Origin: a virus
Virus record (IMG/VR): IMGVR_UViG_3300020192_000001
Location: 3,117 to 67,116 of that record
Direction: 5' to 3' (one strand)
DNA: 64,000 nt
Positions within the stretch are counted from its first letter, which is position 1. The number at the start of each line of letters is the position of its first letter. The notes under the pieces were generated by a model that saw only the letters and a list, made by a program, of their open reading frames with translations, was not told where the DNA came from and ran no database searches. This document shows positions 1 through 7,393 of the stretch, in pieces. Made by a program: the position numbers and the translations under genes.

Positions 1-36
1 CAGCTTGTAGGGGTTAGGTCCATCGGTCTGTTCGAT
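1..36 (-). repeat. attC-like site (partial)
   Basis: Ends ...ggtccatcggtctGTTCGAT, like the end of site 1260-1394; GTTCGAT pairs with ATCGAAC at 396. Confidence 0.75.
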
Positions 37-423
37 TTATATCTTGTCCAAGGTGCGCTAGACAGCATGGGCGTGGCTCTCGCTGACCATCATCACGAAT
101 GGAGTGAAGGCGAGCGGGAAATCTACGATCAAGCAACTGAAATAATTAGGGCTTCGGCTGGCGGTTGTATGGAGACTGATTCGTTGGGCTCAAAGAAACA
201 TTCTTCTCTGATGCCTTTGATTGAATTGATCCTTCCGTGCGGCCTAATTTCAGGCCGATTACTCGCGTTGGGGTATTCTCCTTGGCGAGTTGCTTTAGTT
301 CACGGACATCTTGCGGTGTCCACTGCTTTCCGGTGTTGCGTGTGCTTTTGCTCATGTTTTGTTGTGGGTGAATGGCGCGATAGGCTTATTTCATTATCGA
401 ACGACAAGGTGAGATGCCGATGA
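1..423 (+). CDS. Antisense read-through ORF across cassette 1 (5' partial)
   Basis: Frame open from base 1 to TGA 421-423; reads AAC 400-402 as Asn; ATGA overlap with next gene. Confidence 0.4.
   Translation, partial: QLVGVRSIGLFDLYLVQGALDSMGVALADHHHEWSEGEREIYDQATEIIRASAGGCMETDSLGSKKHSSLMPLIELILPCGLISGRLLALGYSPWRVALVHGHLAVSTAFRCCVCFCSCFVVGEWRDRLISLSNDKVRCR
146..355 (-). CDS. Small bacterial-type hypothetical protein (canonical cassette gene)
   Basis: 69 aa, RNTGKQWT...[15 protein letters not shown] resembles a conserved small bacterial protein; lies wholly within one cassette. Confidence 0.65.
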   Translation of the reverse strand: MSKSTRNTGKQWTPQDVRELKQLAKENTPTRVIGLKLGRTEGSIQSKASEKNVSLSPTNQSPYNRQPKP

Positions 424-498
424 CCGCCGAAATTCCAGCTTTGATTCCACAACCCGGCCACCCGGCGGGCAGCGGTTATCTCGACCGCCTGGTTGGGC
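396..498 (-). repeat. attC-like site
   Basis: ATCGAAC gacaaggtgagatgccg...cggttatctcgaccgcctg GTTGGGC imperfect inverted repeat. Confidence 0.85.
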
Positions 499-950
499 CG
501 AAACGCTACTGGGCCACGCCGCCCGAAATGATGGAGGTTCTCAATGCGGAGTTCGAGTTCGACTACGATCCTTGTCCGCACCCAAGGCCGGAAGGCTTCG
601 ATGGCCTGCAAGTCCCGTGGGGGAAACGTAACTGGGTAAATCCGCCCTTCACTGGCGAACCGCGAGTGCCCGGAAAGCGAAAGCTCGGGCCGGTGGCGTG
701 GCTGAGAAAGGCCGTAGCTGAACGGGAAATTGGAAACATGACCGTGCTGATACTGCCGATCTACAACGTGCGGGCGATCTCAATGGCGGAGGACTTTGGG
801 GCGGAAATCCGATACTTCGGGAAGCCTCAATGGCTGGCACTTGAAGACGGGCAACCGAACCCGGCGCGGAAATCAGATTGGCATCCGTGCGTGCTCATTA
901 TTCTTCTGCCCAACACGGAGCTGACCAGCCCGAAGGGAGATCAATCGTGA
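420..950 (+). CDS. Phage DNA N6-adenine methyltransferase (Dam-like)
   Basis: WATP, FDYDPCP, DGL..PW and VNPPF motifs; starts in one attC and ends in the next (alternative start 414). Confidence 0.85.
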   Translation: MTAEIPALIPQPGHPAGSGYLDRLVGPKRYWATPPEMMEVLNAEFEFDYDPCPHPRPEGFDGLQVPWGKRNWVNPPFTGEPRVPGKRKLGPVAWLRKAVAEREIGNMTVLILPIYNVRAISMAEDFGAEIRYFGKPQWLALEDGQPNPARKSDWHPCVLIILLPNTELTSPKGDQS

Positions 951-1022
951 GCAACGAGATTGCACCCTCGCCGACGCCGCAAGACGCAAACCCGAAGGGT
1001 TTGGTCGAGCGGCTGGTTGGAA
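908..1022 (-). repeat. attC-like site
   Basis: GCCCAAC acggagctgacca...tggtcgagcggctg GTTGGAA. Confidence 0.85.
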
Positions 1023-1068
1023 TCCTGATGGGCACCAAACAATTCCCGCCGATAGGCGGCACTAAAAT

Positions 1069-1329
1069 ATGAACATCGACGGACTCAGACAAGATATGGA
1101 GATCGCATTCCAACGGGTCACTCAATACACCCTAATCGAAGACGAGGTTGAGGCCGTCTACCTCGGACTGACTCGACTGCGAGAAATTGAAAAAGCGGCG
1201 GAGATCGGAGACATCGCAGAAGTTCAGGTTTTGCTCGGAATCGAAAAAGCCCAACTGGATTCCAACGTCCGCGATCACTTGCCCCGGAAAGCTGGCACGC
1301 CCGATGCCGATACAAAGGAGAACGTATGA
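1069..1329 (+). CDS. Hypothetical cassette protein
   Basis: ATGA-coupled ORF ending in the attC loop. Confidence 0.6.
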   Translation: MNIDGLRQDMEIAFQRVTQYTLIEDEVEAVYLGLTRLREIEKAAEIGDIAEVQVLLGIEKAQLDSNVRDHLPRKAGTPDADTKENV

Positions 1330-1394
1330 GCATCCAGAAACCTTCGCATCGAAAGTGCCAGCTTGGAGGGGTTAAGTGGATCGCTCTGTTCGCT
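1260..1394 (-). repeat. attC-like site (AACGTCCGCGATCAC family)
   Basis: TTCCAAC gtccgcgatcactt...aagtggatcgctct GTTCGCT. Confidence 0.88.
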
Positions 1395-1595
1395 TTATTC
1401 GTTTGTGTGAATTGTGCAACCACTGCTCCCGGCCATCATGTTGATCGTGGCAACGCAGTCAGGCTTGTTAATGTAGCTTTCGCTGGATACCGCAATTTTC
1501 TTGTGGTTGGCAGCATGAAATGTCCATCGCCACTGGCGAGAGACATCGCGGTAAACAACGTAATACCCAATCGGGTTTGGAGTGCTCATATATGA
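1326..1595 (+). CDS. Antisense read-through ORF over the DUF1508-like gene
   Basis: Starts in the attC loop after AAGGAG; ATGA overlaps at both ends. Confidence 0.4.
   Translation: MSIQKPSHRKCQLGGVKWIALFALFVCVNCATTAPGHHVDRGNAVRLVNVAFAGYRNFLVVGSMKCPSPLARDIAVNNVIPNRVWSAHI
1395..1589 (-). CDS. YegP/DUF1508-family protein (canonical cassette gene)
   Basis: YRD..RQWRWTF.AANHKKIA.SSESY..K.DC...I pattern; stop abuts the attC R'' box. Confidence 0.8.
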   Translation of the reverse strand: MSTPNPIGYYVVYRDVSRQWRWTFHAANHKKIAVSSESYINKPDCVATINMMAGSSGCTIHTNE

Positions 1596-1828
1596 ATACT
1601 GTTAGTGTGTTAGAAAAATCACCGGCCTATCAAAGGGCGGATAACTCAGCGCGGATTTTGACCGTGATCGAAACAACGAACATGACACGCGGAAACGGCA
1701 CTGAAGAAGACCCTGTGCGAGTCGTAACGCAATATTGGACTCTCGATGGAACGCTTCTTGTCGAAGTGGACTCATATTCTTCTGCGAACGACAAAGTCAC
1801 CAACAAGGGGAGCGAAAATGAGCACTGA
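1592..1828 (+). CDS. Hypothetical phage protein
   Basis: VIETT..RGNGTEEDPVRVVTQYWTLDG pattern; coupled start. Confidence 0.65.
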   Translation: MNTVSVLEKSPAYQRADNSARILTVIETTNMTRGNGTEEDPVRVVTQYWTLDGTLLVEVDSYSSANDKVTNKGSENEH

Positions 1829-1882
1829 ATCCACGCCAGAAGTCCCGCGCTCCCCGCAGTTTGGTGGACTGCTTGGTTCGGC
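1783..1882 (-). repeat. attC-like site
   Basis: TGCGAAC gacaaagtcaccaac...tttggtggactgcttg GTTCGGC. Confidence 0.85.
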
Positions 1883-2177
1883 ATTTATCGTCGTGTTCGA
1901 TGATGAGCAAGGTTTGTGCGTGCCGCTTGGGTGGGACGGCGAATGCAGGGGGGCCATCTGCTGCAACCAAGGAAAAGTAGCCTTGTTCCCTGACCGGAAC
2001 TCTGCCCGTCGCGCAATCAACATATCGGCAAAGTTTGCCGCGCTCCGAAAATCGCAAGGCATTCCAGAAAACACCGACTTCTCGCCGGAGTGCCGAAAAT
2101 CAATCCGTGTCATGGAGTGTATGCCGAACGCCCAAGATGAGGGACAGCCGGAAAAAGGATGCCGCCATGCAAACTGA
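1818..2177 (+). CDS. Hypothetical cassette protein
   Basis: Start in attC loop after AAGGGGAG; ends in next attC. Confidence 0.6.
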   Translation: MSTESTPEVPRSPQFGGLLGSAFIVVFDDEQGLCVPLGWDGECRGAICCNQGKVALFPDRNSARRAINISAKFAALRKSQGIPENTDFSPECRKSIRVMECMPNAQDEGQPEKGCRHAN

Positions 2178-2215
2178 GCGCGTTCCGGCTGTTCCTCTCC
2201 ATCGCCTTGTTCGCG
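2123..2215 (-). repeat. attC-like site
   Basis: GCCGAAC gcccaagatgagggacagccggaa...ttccggctgttcctctccatcgcctt GTTCGCG. Confidence 0.85.
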
Positions 2216-2448
2216 GAATTTTTAAGGAGGTGCTTATGCAAACATGGCGGAGAAAGCCCGCCACCATGAGAGGTCCGATCCCTCTTGTGCCTCTCCAATC
2301 GCCACTAAGGCTCGGTGCCCGCCGGTGCACAAATGCAAGTCCTGCCTCGCGAGCAGGGCATCCGGCAATCTTTTCAGCGAACGCCACAGTGGAGCCATGC
2401 GGCCGGGATCCGCGCTCCGAAATCTCGCCAATCACCAAATCAAAATGA
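2167..2448 (+). CDS. Hypothetical short cassette ORF
   Basis: Starts in attC loop; AAC 2380 in frame; ATGA overlap at 2445. Confidence 0.35.
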   Translation: MQTERVPAVPLHRLVRGIFKEVLMQTWRRKPATMRGPIPLVPLQSPLRLGARRCTNASPASRAGHPAIFSANATVEPCGRDPRSEISPITKSK

Positions 2449-2497
2449 CAACTCCAATAAAAAGCGGGGCCGCATTGGCTCCCACGGCTGGTTCTGC
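2376..2497 (-). repeat. attC-like site
   Basis: AGCGAAC gccacagtggagccatgcggcc...ggccgcattggctcccacggctg GTTCTGC. Confidence 0.85.
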
Positions 2498-2861
2498 ATC
2501 TCTTGTCGAGCGGCAGGCGCAAGAACCGAAATTCGAGATGCCGGGGTGGGGTAACTCCATCACCGCCGGAGAACTCATCACATTCATGCTTCAGCGCGAA
2601 GGCACGCGTGAGGAGGCCATGGAAACGCTGGCGCAAACTCTGGCTGATCTCGGTATCAGCGGCGAAGAACTTGCTCACTGGCAGCGGAAGCCGGGAATCT
2701 GTCACGACTGCGGGGAAACCGATAATCGAACGCATCGCGAATGGGCCGCAAAGGCCGAGAGATTCCCGACGACTCCAATCGAAATGTATCGCGGATACCT
2801 GAAGTCCGATGTGCAGAACGTCCCAAGTCAGAAATCGCCACTCGGAAGCGGCGGAAAATAA
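2445..2861 (+). CDS. Hypothetical cassette protein (CxxC)
   Basis: Start in attC loop; CHDC motif; ends in next attC. Confidence 0.55.
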   Translation: MTTPIKSGAALAPTAGSASLVERQAQEPKFEMPGWGNSITAGELITFMLQREGTREEAMETLAQTLADLGISGEELAHWQRKPGICHDCGETDNRTHREWAAKAERFPTTPIEMYRGYLKSDVQNVPSQKSPLGSGGK

Positions 2862-2934
2862 TCAAATAGCTATGAAAAATAACCTCATCAAAACCGCCGC
2901 AATAGTGGCGATTTACTGCACTGCTTGGTTCGGA
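2813..2934 (-). repeat. attC-like site
   Basis: GCAGAAC gtcccaagtcagaaatcgccact...agtggcgatttactgcactgcttg GTTCGGA. Confidence 0.85.
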
Positions 2935-3165
2935 TTTTCTCACGCGCAAGAGTCCTCTATCGCAAGCGATCTTATTGTGACCAGCGGCCACATTACCCCC
3001 GTGGATAAAATCACATTCTCGCCGGGTATCACCATAAACACCGTGACCGGCGAGGTGACGATCCCGAAAAACGTCGCAATCCCCGAAGCCGCACGCGCAT
3101 TCTGGGTCGCTGTGGCAAAGGCTTTCCCGGAAGTAAAAAAAGCCATGATGGAGGACGGGAAATGA
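2872..3165 (+). CDS. Putative exported protein; signal peptide encoded by the attC arm
   Basis: MKNNLIKTAAIVAIYCTAWFGFSHA-Q signal-peptide-like N-terminus. Confidence 0.6.
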   Translation: MKNNLIKTAAIVAIYCTAWFGFSHAQESSIASDLIVTSGHITPVDKITFSPGITINTVTGEVTIPKNVAIPEAARAFWVAVAKAFPEVKKAMMEDGK

Positions 3166-3169
3166 GTAA

Positions 3170-3290
3170 GCCGAACGCACAAGGCCACCAATCCCAGCCG
3201 GGAGCGAGCGTGGCCGCAAAAGAAGGGATTGAATCAAATGGAATCTAAAACTCTCGGCGGGCTGGGATTAGGTGCGCCGCTTTGTTCTGC
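3170..3290 (-). repeat. attC-like site
   Basis: GCCGAAC gcacaaggccaccaatcccagcc...ggctgggattaggtgcgccgcttt GTTCTGC. Confidence 0.85.
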
Positions 3291-3609
3291 TATCCTTCGG
3301 CTCACGCTGAAACGGAAGTGGTTCGACATGATCGCCAGCGGAGAGAAGCGCGAGGAATACCGAACCCCGAAAAGGTGGATTCTGTCGCGGCTGGAAGGGA
3401 AGGACTATGGATCGGTTGAATTTCGCAATGGCTATGGGAAAGACGTGCCCGTCGTTACGCTGGAATATCTCGGATGGAGCTATGGCACTGGCCGCCGCGA
3501 GTGGGGAGGCACCGGATACAAGGTTGCTGTGATCCATATGGGGCGGATTTTGAGTAAGCAGAACGCTGCCCATGAGCCACAGCGGCAGGAAGGCACCGAT
3601 GCCAACTGA
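3238..3609 (+). CDS. ASCH/PUA-like domain protein
   Basis: LTLKRKWFDMIASGEKREEYR and F.NGY motifs. Confidence 0.8.
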   Translation: MESKTLGGLGLGAPLCSAILRLTLKRKWFDMIASGEKREEYRTPKRWILSRLEGKDYGSVEFRNGYGKDVPVVTLEYLGWSYGTGRREWGGTGYKVAVIHMGRILSKQNAAHEPQRQEGTDAN

Positions 3610-3646
3610 CCGCGTTCCCGATGTTGGCTCGATGGGCTTGTTCGCG
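3558..3646 (-). repeat. attC-like site
   Basis: GCAGAAC gctgcccatgagcca...tggctcgatgggctt GTTCGCG. Confidence 0.85.
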
Positions 3647-3883
3647 GATGATGGTGATGTAATGATGGAGTTCTCGGGAGGGCGTCTGGACGGAATGAAA
3701 GTTCTGATTTCAGAATGGCCGCAAGACCTCGCTTGGCCGGGAACTGAGGTCATGGATAAACCGTCGGGGCAGATATATCGATATCATGCCACGGCATCAG
3801 TCCGCTACCCCATTTACACACATAGGCCGGATGATTCAGCGAACGCCGAGTCCAGCAACGGCGAAAAGGAGGCACGACCATGA
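3599..3883 (+). CDS. Hypothetical cassette protein
   Basis: FSGGRLDG motif; attC-to-attC ORF. Confidence 0.6.
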   Translation: MPTDRVPDVGSMGLFADDGDVMMEFSGGRLDGMKVLISEWPQDLAWPGTEVMDKPSGQIYRYHATASVRYPIYTHRPDDSANAESSNGEKEARP

Positions 3884-3923
3884 GTGAGCCGTTGCCGCCG
3901 CTTGCTGGGACGCTTGGTTCCGC
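3838..3923 (-). repeat. attC-like site (GAGTCCAGCAACGGCG family)
   Basis: AGCGAAC gccgagtccagcaacggcg-AAAAGGAGG..ATGA..-cgccgcttgctgggacgcttg GTTCCGC; near copies at 6918, 47732, 50375. Confidence 0.88.
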
Positions 3924-4164
3924 GGATGGTCACGCGGTAAGGTGGGCTACGCGGAGTAAGGGGCGTGCGCCGTTCCAAGAACCTCGATGGACCAAATGGC
4001 ACGCTACCAGCGATGATTGCCAGACTCGGTGTGGGCTGCCTATCATAATAGCCACGTCCGCCGCATTCACTCCTGAAACCGATGATGAGAGCAGGGTGGA
4101 TTGCCATGGCTGCTTGCAGCAGCTTAACGCTGAGCACTCCCACCCCGCGACAACCGATGATTGA
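3880..4164 (+). CDS. Hypothetical Cys/His-rich cassette protein
   Basis: KWH...TRCG...VDC..C putative zinc finger. Confidence 0.6.
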   Translation: MSEPLPPLAGTLGSADGHAVRWATRSKGRAPFQEPRWTKWHATSDDCQTRCGLPIIIATSAAFTPETDDESRVDCHGCLQQLNAEHSHPATTDD

Positions 4165-4209
4165 AGCACTCCCCTGCGACCCGCGTTCGGCTGCATCCGC
4201 TGGTTATAC
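4122..4209 (-). repeat. attC-like site (degenerate arms)
   Basis: GCTTAAC...GTTATAC; weak hairpin, but GTTATAC pairs with GTATAAC at 4404. Confidence 0.6.
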
Positions 4210-4393
4210 GGCCTTGACTCCGCAGCAGCTAAAGGCGCGCGCGATAATCGCCGGAGACCTATATCGCGAGGGCCGGATCGAACGCACAGAATGCTTCCGC
4301 TTGGAGGTGGACTCTGCGGTAGGGAGAGACTCCGGCCCGGTGAAGTTCAAGGAGAACCGTGACTATGCCGAATGGCTGGAGGAAAACTCGTAA
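4157..4393 (+). CDS. Hypothetical cassette protein
   Basis: Start within attC; TAATG overlap with a short leader ORF. Confidence 0.55.
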   Translation: MIEALPCDPRSAASAGYTALTPQQLKARAIIAGDLYREGRIERTECFRLEVDSAVGRDSGPVKFKENRDYAEWLEENS

Positions 4394-4403
4394 TGGGAAG
4401 GCC

Positions 4404-4533
4404 GTATAACTACCAAGTCACCAATTCCGCCAACCCTAAACCTTGAATACTAAAATGGACAATAAAACAACGAATGATACCCCCGAAGCCCAAACTCCCG
4501 ACTTGGCGGAATTGGGTGGACTGCCTGTTCGGA
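4404..4533 (-). repeat. attC-like site
   Basis: GTATAAC taccaagtcaccaattccgccaa...ttggcggaattgggtggactgcct GTTCGGA. Confidence 0.85.
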
Positions 4534-4757
4534 TTCTTTGGGCCGACCAACTCCAATGTGAAAATATGTCGCTGCGTAACGAGAACGCCGCTCTGCGCGA
4601 TGCGATAAATGCGTTGCGCGACTTCGTCGCTGGCAAAAGACACGATAACAGGAGCATTTCTGAAATTCTCAATGGGGCCATGGGTATTCCGAACGAACCA
4701 GTGGAGCTACCGCCGAATAGTGGCTCCAAATCCGAGAATGGCGTTGTCGGCGGTTAG
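4455..4757 (+). CDS. Hypothetical coiled-coil cassette protein
   Basis: attC-to-attC ORF; LRNENAALRDAI heptads. Confidence 0.55.
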   Translation: MDNKTTNDTPEAQTPDLAELGGLPVRILWADQLQCENMSLRNENAALRDAINALRDFVAGKRHDNRSISEILNGAMGIPNEPVELPPNSGSKSENGVVGG

Positions 4758-4776
4758 CTCGCACGCCTTGTTCATC
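4688..4776 (-). repeat. attC-like site
   Basis: TCCGAAC gaaccagtggagctaccgccga...tcggcggttagctcgcacgcctt GTTCATC. Confidence 0.85.
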
Positions 4777-4807
4777 CTCTTCCGAATCACCAACCAAACA
4801 CAAAAAA

Positions 4808-5029
4808 ATGAGCAAATACGAAAACATAAATCCGATTGAAAAACTGCACGCCGGGGAGCCATATTTCTTCCTCCGTGCTCAAGACATGCACTCCAGCTAC
4901 GCCGTGCGTCATTACGCCGAAGCTGTGGGAGTGCTCGACCCAAAAGCGAGAGCTGAATGTCTGGCTTTTGCTGCACGCATGGAGACATGGCAGAATGAAA
5001 ACCCCGACAAAGTAAAACAGCCCGATTAG
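4808..5029 (+). CDS. Conserved-looking small phage protein
   Basis: EPYFFLRAQD...AVRHYA...A.RME.WQ..N..KVK.PD pattern. Confidence 0.7.
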   Translation: MSKYENINPIEKLHAGEPYFFLRAQDMHSSYAVRHYAEAVGVLDPKARAECLAFAARMETWQNENPDKVKQPD

Positions 5030-5032
5030 TCG

Positions 5033-5165
5033 GATGAACGCACCGATCACCGATCACTCACCCCTGACCACTCAAAACCATGAATAAAATTACGACTCCC
5101 CCGAAGCCAGAAACCTCGACCCCAGCCTCGACAGGTGAGGGATTTGGTGGATCGGATTGTTCGGC
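5033..5165 (-). repeat. attC-like site
   Basis: GATGAAC gcaccgatcaccga...ttggtggatcggatt GTTCGGC. Confidence 0.85.
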
Positions 5166-5361
5166 TGATTTGGCGATACTCAGGAAAGAATGCGAACATC
5201 GCATCGAAGTGTGCCGGGTAAATATCCTAGAAGCTGGGTTTGCTGTTCGGCACATGAGCCCGCGCCGCGCCGCCGAGCAACTGGATCAATGTGAGCATTA
5301 CGCAAGGTTAGCGGCTTACGACGCTCGCGAACTGACACGTAGGCTTCTGCCGGACGCATGA
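5080..5361 (+). CDS. Hypothetical cassette protein
   Basis: Start in attC loop; ATGA overlap with the MTase. Confidence 0.55.
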   Translation: MNKITTPPKPETSTPASTGEGFGGSDCSADLAILRKECEHRIEVCRVNILEAGFAVRHMSPRRAAEQLDQCEHYARLAAYDARELTRRLLPDA

Positions 5362-5449
5362 GTGCTGGCACCGACATGAGCGCGAAAGACGCCGCCTTCA
5401 CGCTGGACAGTGCCGCTCATGGCGGTTGTCCAGCCACGACTTGTTATGC
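5349..5449 (-). repeat. attC-like site with mutated core (AAC>GAC)
   Basis: GCCGGAC...catgagcg...cgctcatg...GTTATGC; GCCGAAC expected from the GTTCGGC at 5159. Confidence 0.7.
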
Positions 5450-6221
5450 CTCTTCTGAGTTGCCGAAAACCTCCGAATCCATGCTTGCTCTGATGGGCAA
5501 ATACGCGCTTCCGCATGGCTACTGGTATTCGCCACGGGTGATGCTCTATCGTGGAGACTGCGAGGAAATCGCGCCTATGCTCAGTAAAGTGGTCGATGCT
5601 GTGATCTCTGATCCTCCTTATGGAATCGCGGTGAACACCCGCAACGCCACTCGCTCAAATACTCCACCACACTCAAGAACAGTCGTGGCATCCAAGAACT
5701 GGCAACCCGTGGAAGGTGACGATAAAGACTTCGATCCGGCGACGTGGTTAAAGTGGCAAAGGGTTGTCCTCTGGGGTGCGAATAACTACGCAAGCAGCCT
5801 GCCTGATTCACCGTCATGGCTCGCATGGAACAAGCGGACACCAGAAGGCTTCAAGAAGTCGCAAGTGGAACTCGCGTGGATGCGTGGCGCGGGGAAATGC
5901 TCCTATCACTTCGATCATCAATGGCACGGAGTATGCCGTGATTCTGAACAGGCCGAAGGAAGCCTCCATCCCACGCAAAAGCCGGTCGCGCTTATGGCAT
6001 GGTGCATGGAAAAGGCGAAAGTTCCCGATGGCGGACTCGTCCTTGATCCGTTCATGGGGAGCGGAAGCACGGGCATTGCAGCCATCCGCACTGGACGGCG
6101 ATTCATCGGCATCGAGAAAGATCCGATCCACTTCAAAACGGCGCTGGAACGCATCCAGCAAGAACTCGCCCAGGGGGATCTTTTTCTTGGGCATAACGCA
6201 AAGAGCACCTATGACGCCTGA
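5358..6221 (+). CDS. DNA N4/N6 methyltransferase (beta class)
   Basis: LYRGDC, SDPPY, HPTQKP and LDPFMGSGST motifs. Confidence 0.92.
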   Translation: MSAGTDMSAKDAAFTLDSAAHGGCPATTCYASSELPKTSESMLALMGKYALPHGYWYSPRVMLYRGDCEEIAPMLSKVVDAVISDPPYGIAVNTRNATRSNTPPHSRTVVASKNWQPVEGDDKDFDPATWLKWQRVVLWGANNYASSLPDSPSWLAWNKRTPEGFKKSQVELAWMRGAGKCSYHFDHQWHGVCRDSEQAEGSLHPTQKPVALMAWCMEKAKVPDGGLVLDPFMGSGSTGIAAIRTGRRFIGIEKDPIHFKTALERIQQELAQGDLFLGHNAKSTYDA

Positions 6222-6311
6222 CACCGCCACCCCGCTGCAAATGGAGGCCCATAACGTCGCCCCCGCTCCGACTCTCAACGGGGCGGCATTAGGTGACTCG
6301 CCTTGTTGGAC
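6191..6311 (-). repeat. attC-like site
   Basis: GCATAAC gcaaagagcacctatg...cattaggtgactcgcctt GTTGGAC. Confidence 0.85.
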
Positions 6312-6963
6312 ATCTTCTTGCGGGCGCGTGACGCTGTATCATGGTCGCTGGCAAGACCTGCTGCCGCTGCCTGTGGACGCTATAATCACAGATCAGCCTT
6401 ACGGCACTGGATGGATACGCGGAGGCGGGAAAAAGGAAGGTGAGTTCAAGCGCAGGACGGAGAAAGCAGAATGGGACATCTTTGATGTGTCGTGGATGGA
6501 ACGCGCTCCCGGCATCGTGGCGGCATTCTGCCCGACGCAAGGCGTATGGGAAATGTGCCTGCGGATGGAAACTCCCCACGTCCTGAAATACCTGAAAACG
6601 AATCCGGCACCATTCGGCGCGGATCGTGAGCCGATAGTTAGCAGCCGCCCGCTGAGTGGATCGTGGGAGAAGGAAGCCTACAACGGTGACAACCCGCTGC
6701 ATCCATGCCAGAAGCCGCTGCCGCTCATGGGCTGGCTCATCCACGAACTGACCACGGAAGGCCAAACGGTCTGTGATCCGTTCATGGGAAGCGCAAGCAC
6801 TGGAATCGCCTGCATCCGCGCAAACCGCCGCTTCGTGGGTATCGAACAAGACCAGACGCACTACGCCACGGCCCTCGCCCGAATCAAAACCGAACTCGGA
6901 CAGGGGGATTTATTCTTGTCCAACGTTGAGTCCAGCAACGGCGAAAAGGAGGCCCGGCCATGA
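6211..6963 (+). CDS. DNA N4/N6 methyltransferase (beta class, DQPY variant)
   Basis: TDQPY, HPCQKP and CDPFMGSAST motifs; start in attC loop. Confidence 0.88.
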   Translation: MTPDTATPLQMEAHNVAPAPTLNGAALGDSPCWTSSCGRVTLYHGRWQDLLPLPVDAIITDQPYGTGWIRGGGKKEGEFKRRTEKAEWDIFDVSWMERAPGIVAAFCPTQGVWEMCLRMETPHVLKYLKTNPAPFGADREPIVSSRPLSGSWEKEAYNGDNPLHPCQKPLPLMGWLIHELTTEGQTVCDPFMGSASTGIACIRANRRFVGIEQDQTHYATALARIKTELGQGDLFLSNVESSNGEKEARP

Positions 6964-7003
6964 GTGAGACGTTGCCGCCGTTTGCTGCGACGTTTGGTTG
7001 TGC
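6918..7003 (-). repeat. attC-like site (GAGTCCAGCAACGGCG family)
   Basis: GTCCAAC...GTTGTGC, near copy of 3838-3923. Confidence 0.88.
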
Positions 7004-7025
7004 TTTTTGAAATCTCCGAATCACC

Positions 7026-7316
7026 ATGAAAACATACAAACCAGAAAGCAGCTTCCAAGCTACCAGCGACGCATCGATGGTCTATAGCCTCCGACATACC
7101 GGATGGCAAAAAGGCAAGCAAGTGTGGTCCAATGATGTAGCCATATCAATCACCGCTCACCACCTGACGGACGAGGAGCGGGCCGACATCGCCCTAACCA
7201 TTCAGGGCGCGATGAACGCAAAATATCTGCACAACGTCCGCGATCACCAGCAGCCGCTTGCTTCTGGCGCGGGGGATGCAGGCAACCATGCAAGCCAAGG
7301 GGAGGAGTCACGATGA
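7026..7316 (+). CDS. Hypothetical cassette protein
   Basis: ORF ends within the attC loop with ATGA overlap. Confidence 0.55.
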   Translation: MKTYKPESSFQATSDASMVYSLRHTGWQKGKQVWSNDVAISITAHHLTDEERADIALTIQGAMNAKYLHNVRDHQQPLASGAGDAGNHASQGEESR

Positions 7317-7393
7317 AACTCCCCAGCAAGAAACGCAGCCCCCGTGCCAGAAGTGCCGCAGGCACGGCTGTTTGGTGGATCGCTCTGTTGGCT
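7229..7393 (-). repeat. Long attC-like site (AACGTCCGCGATCAC family)
   Basis: GCACAAC...GTTGGCT, 165 bp; near copy of 38475 and 38975. Confidence 0.88.
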
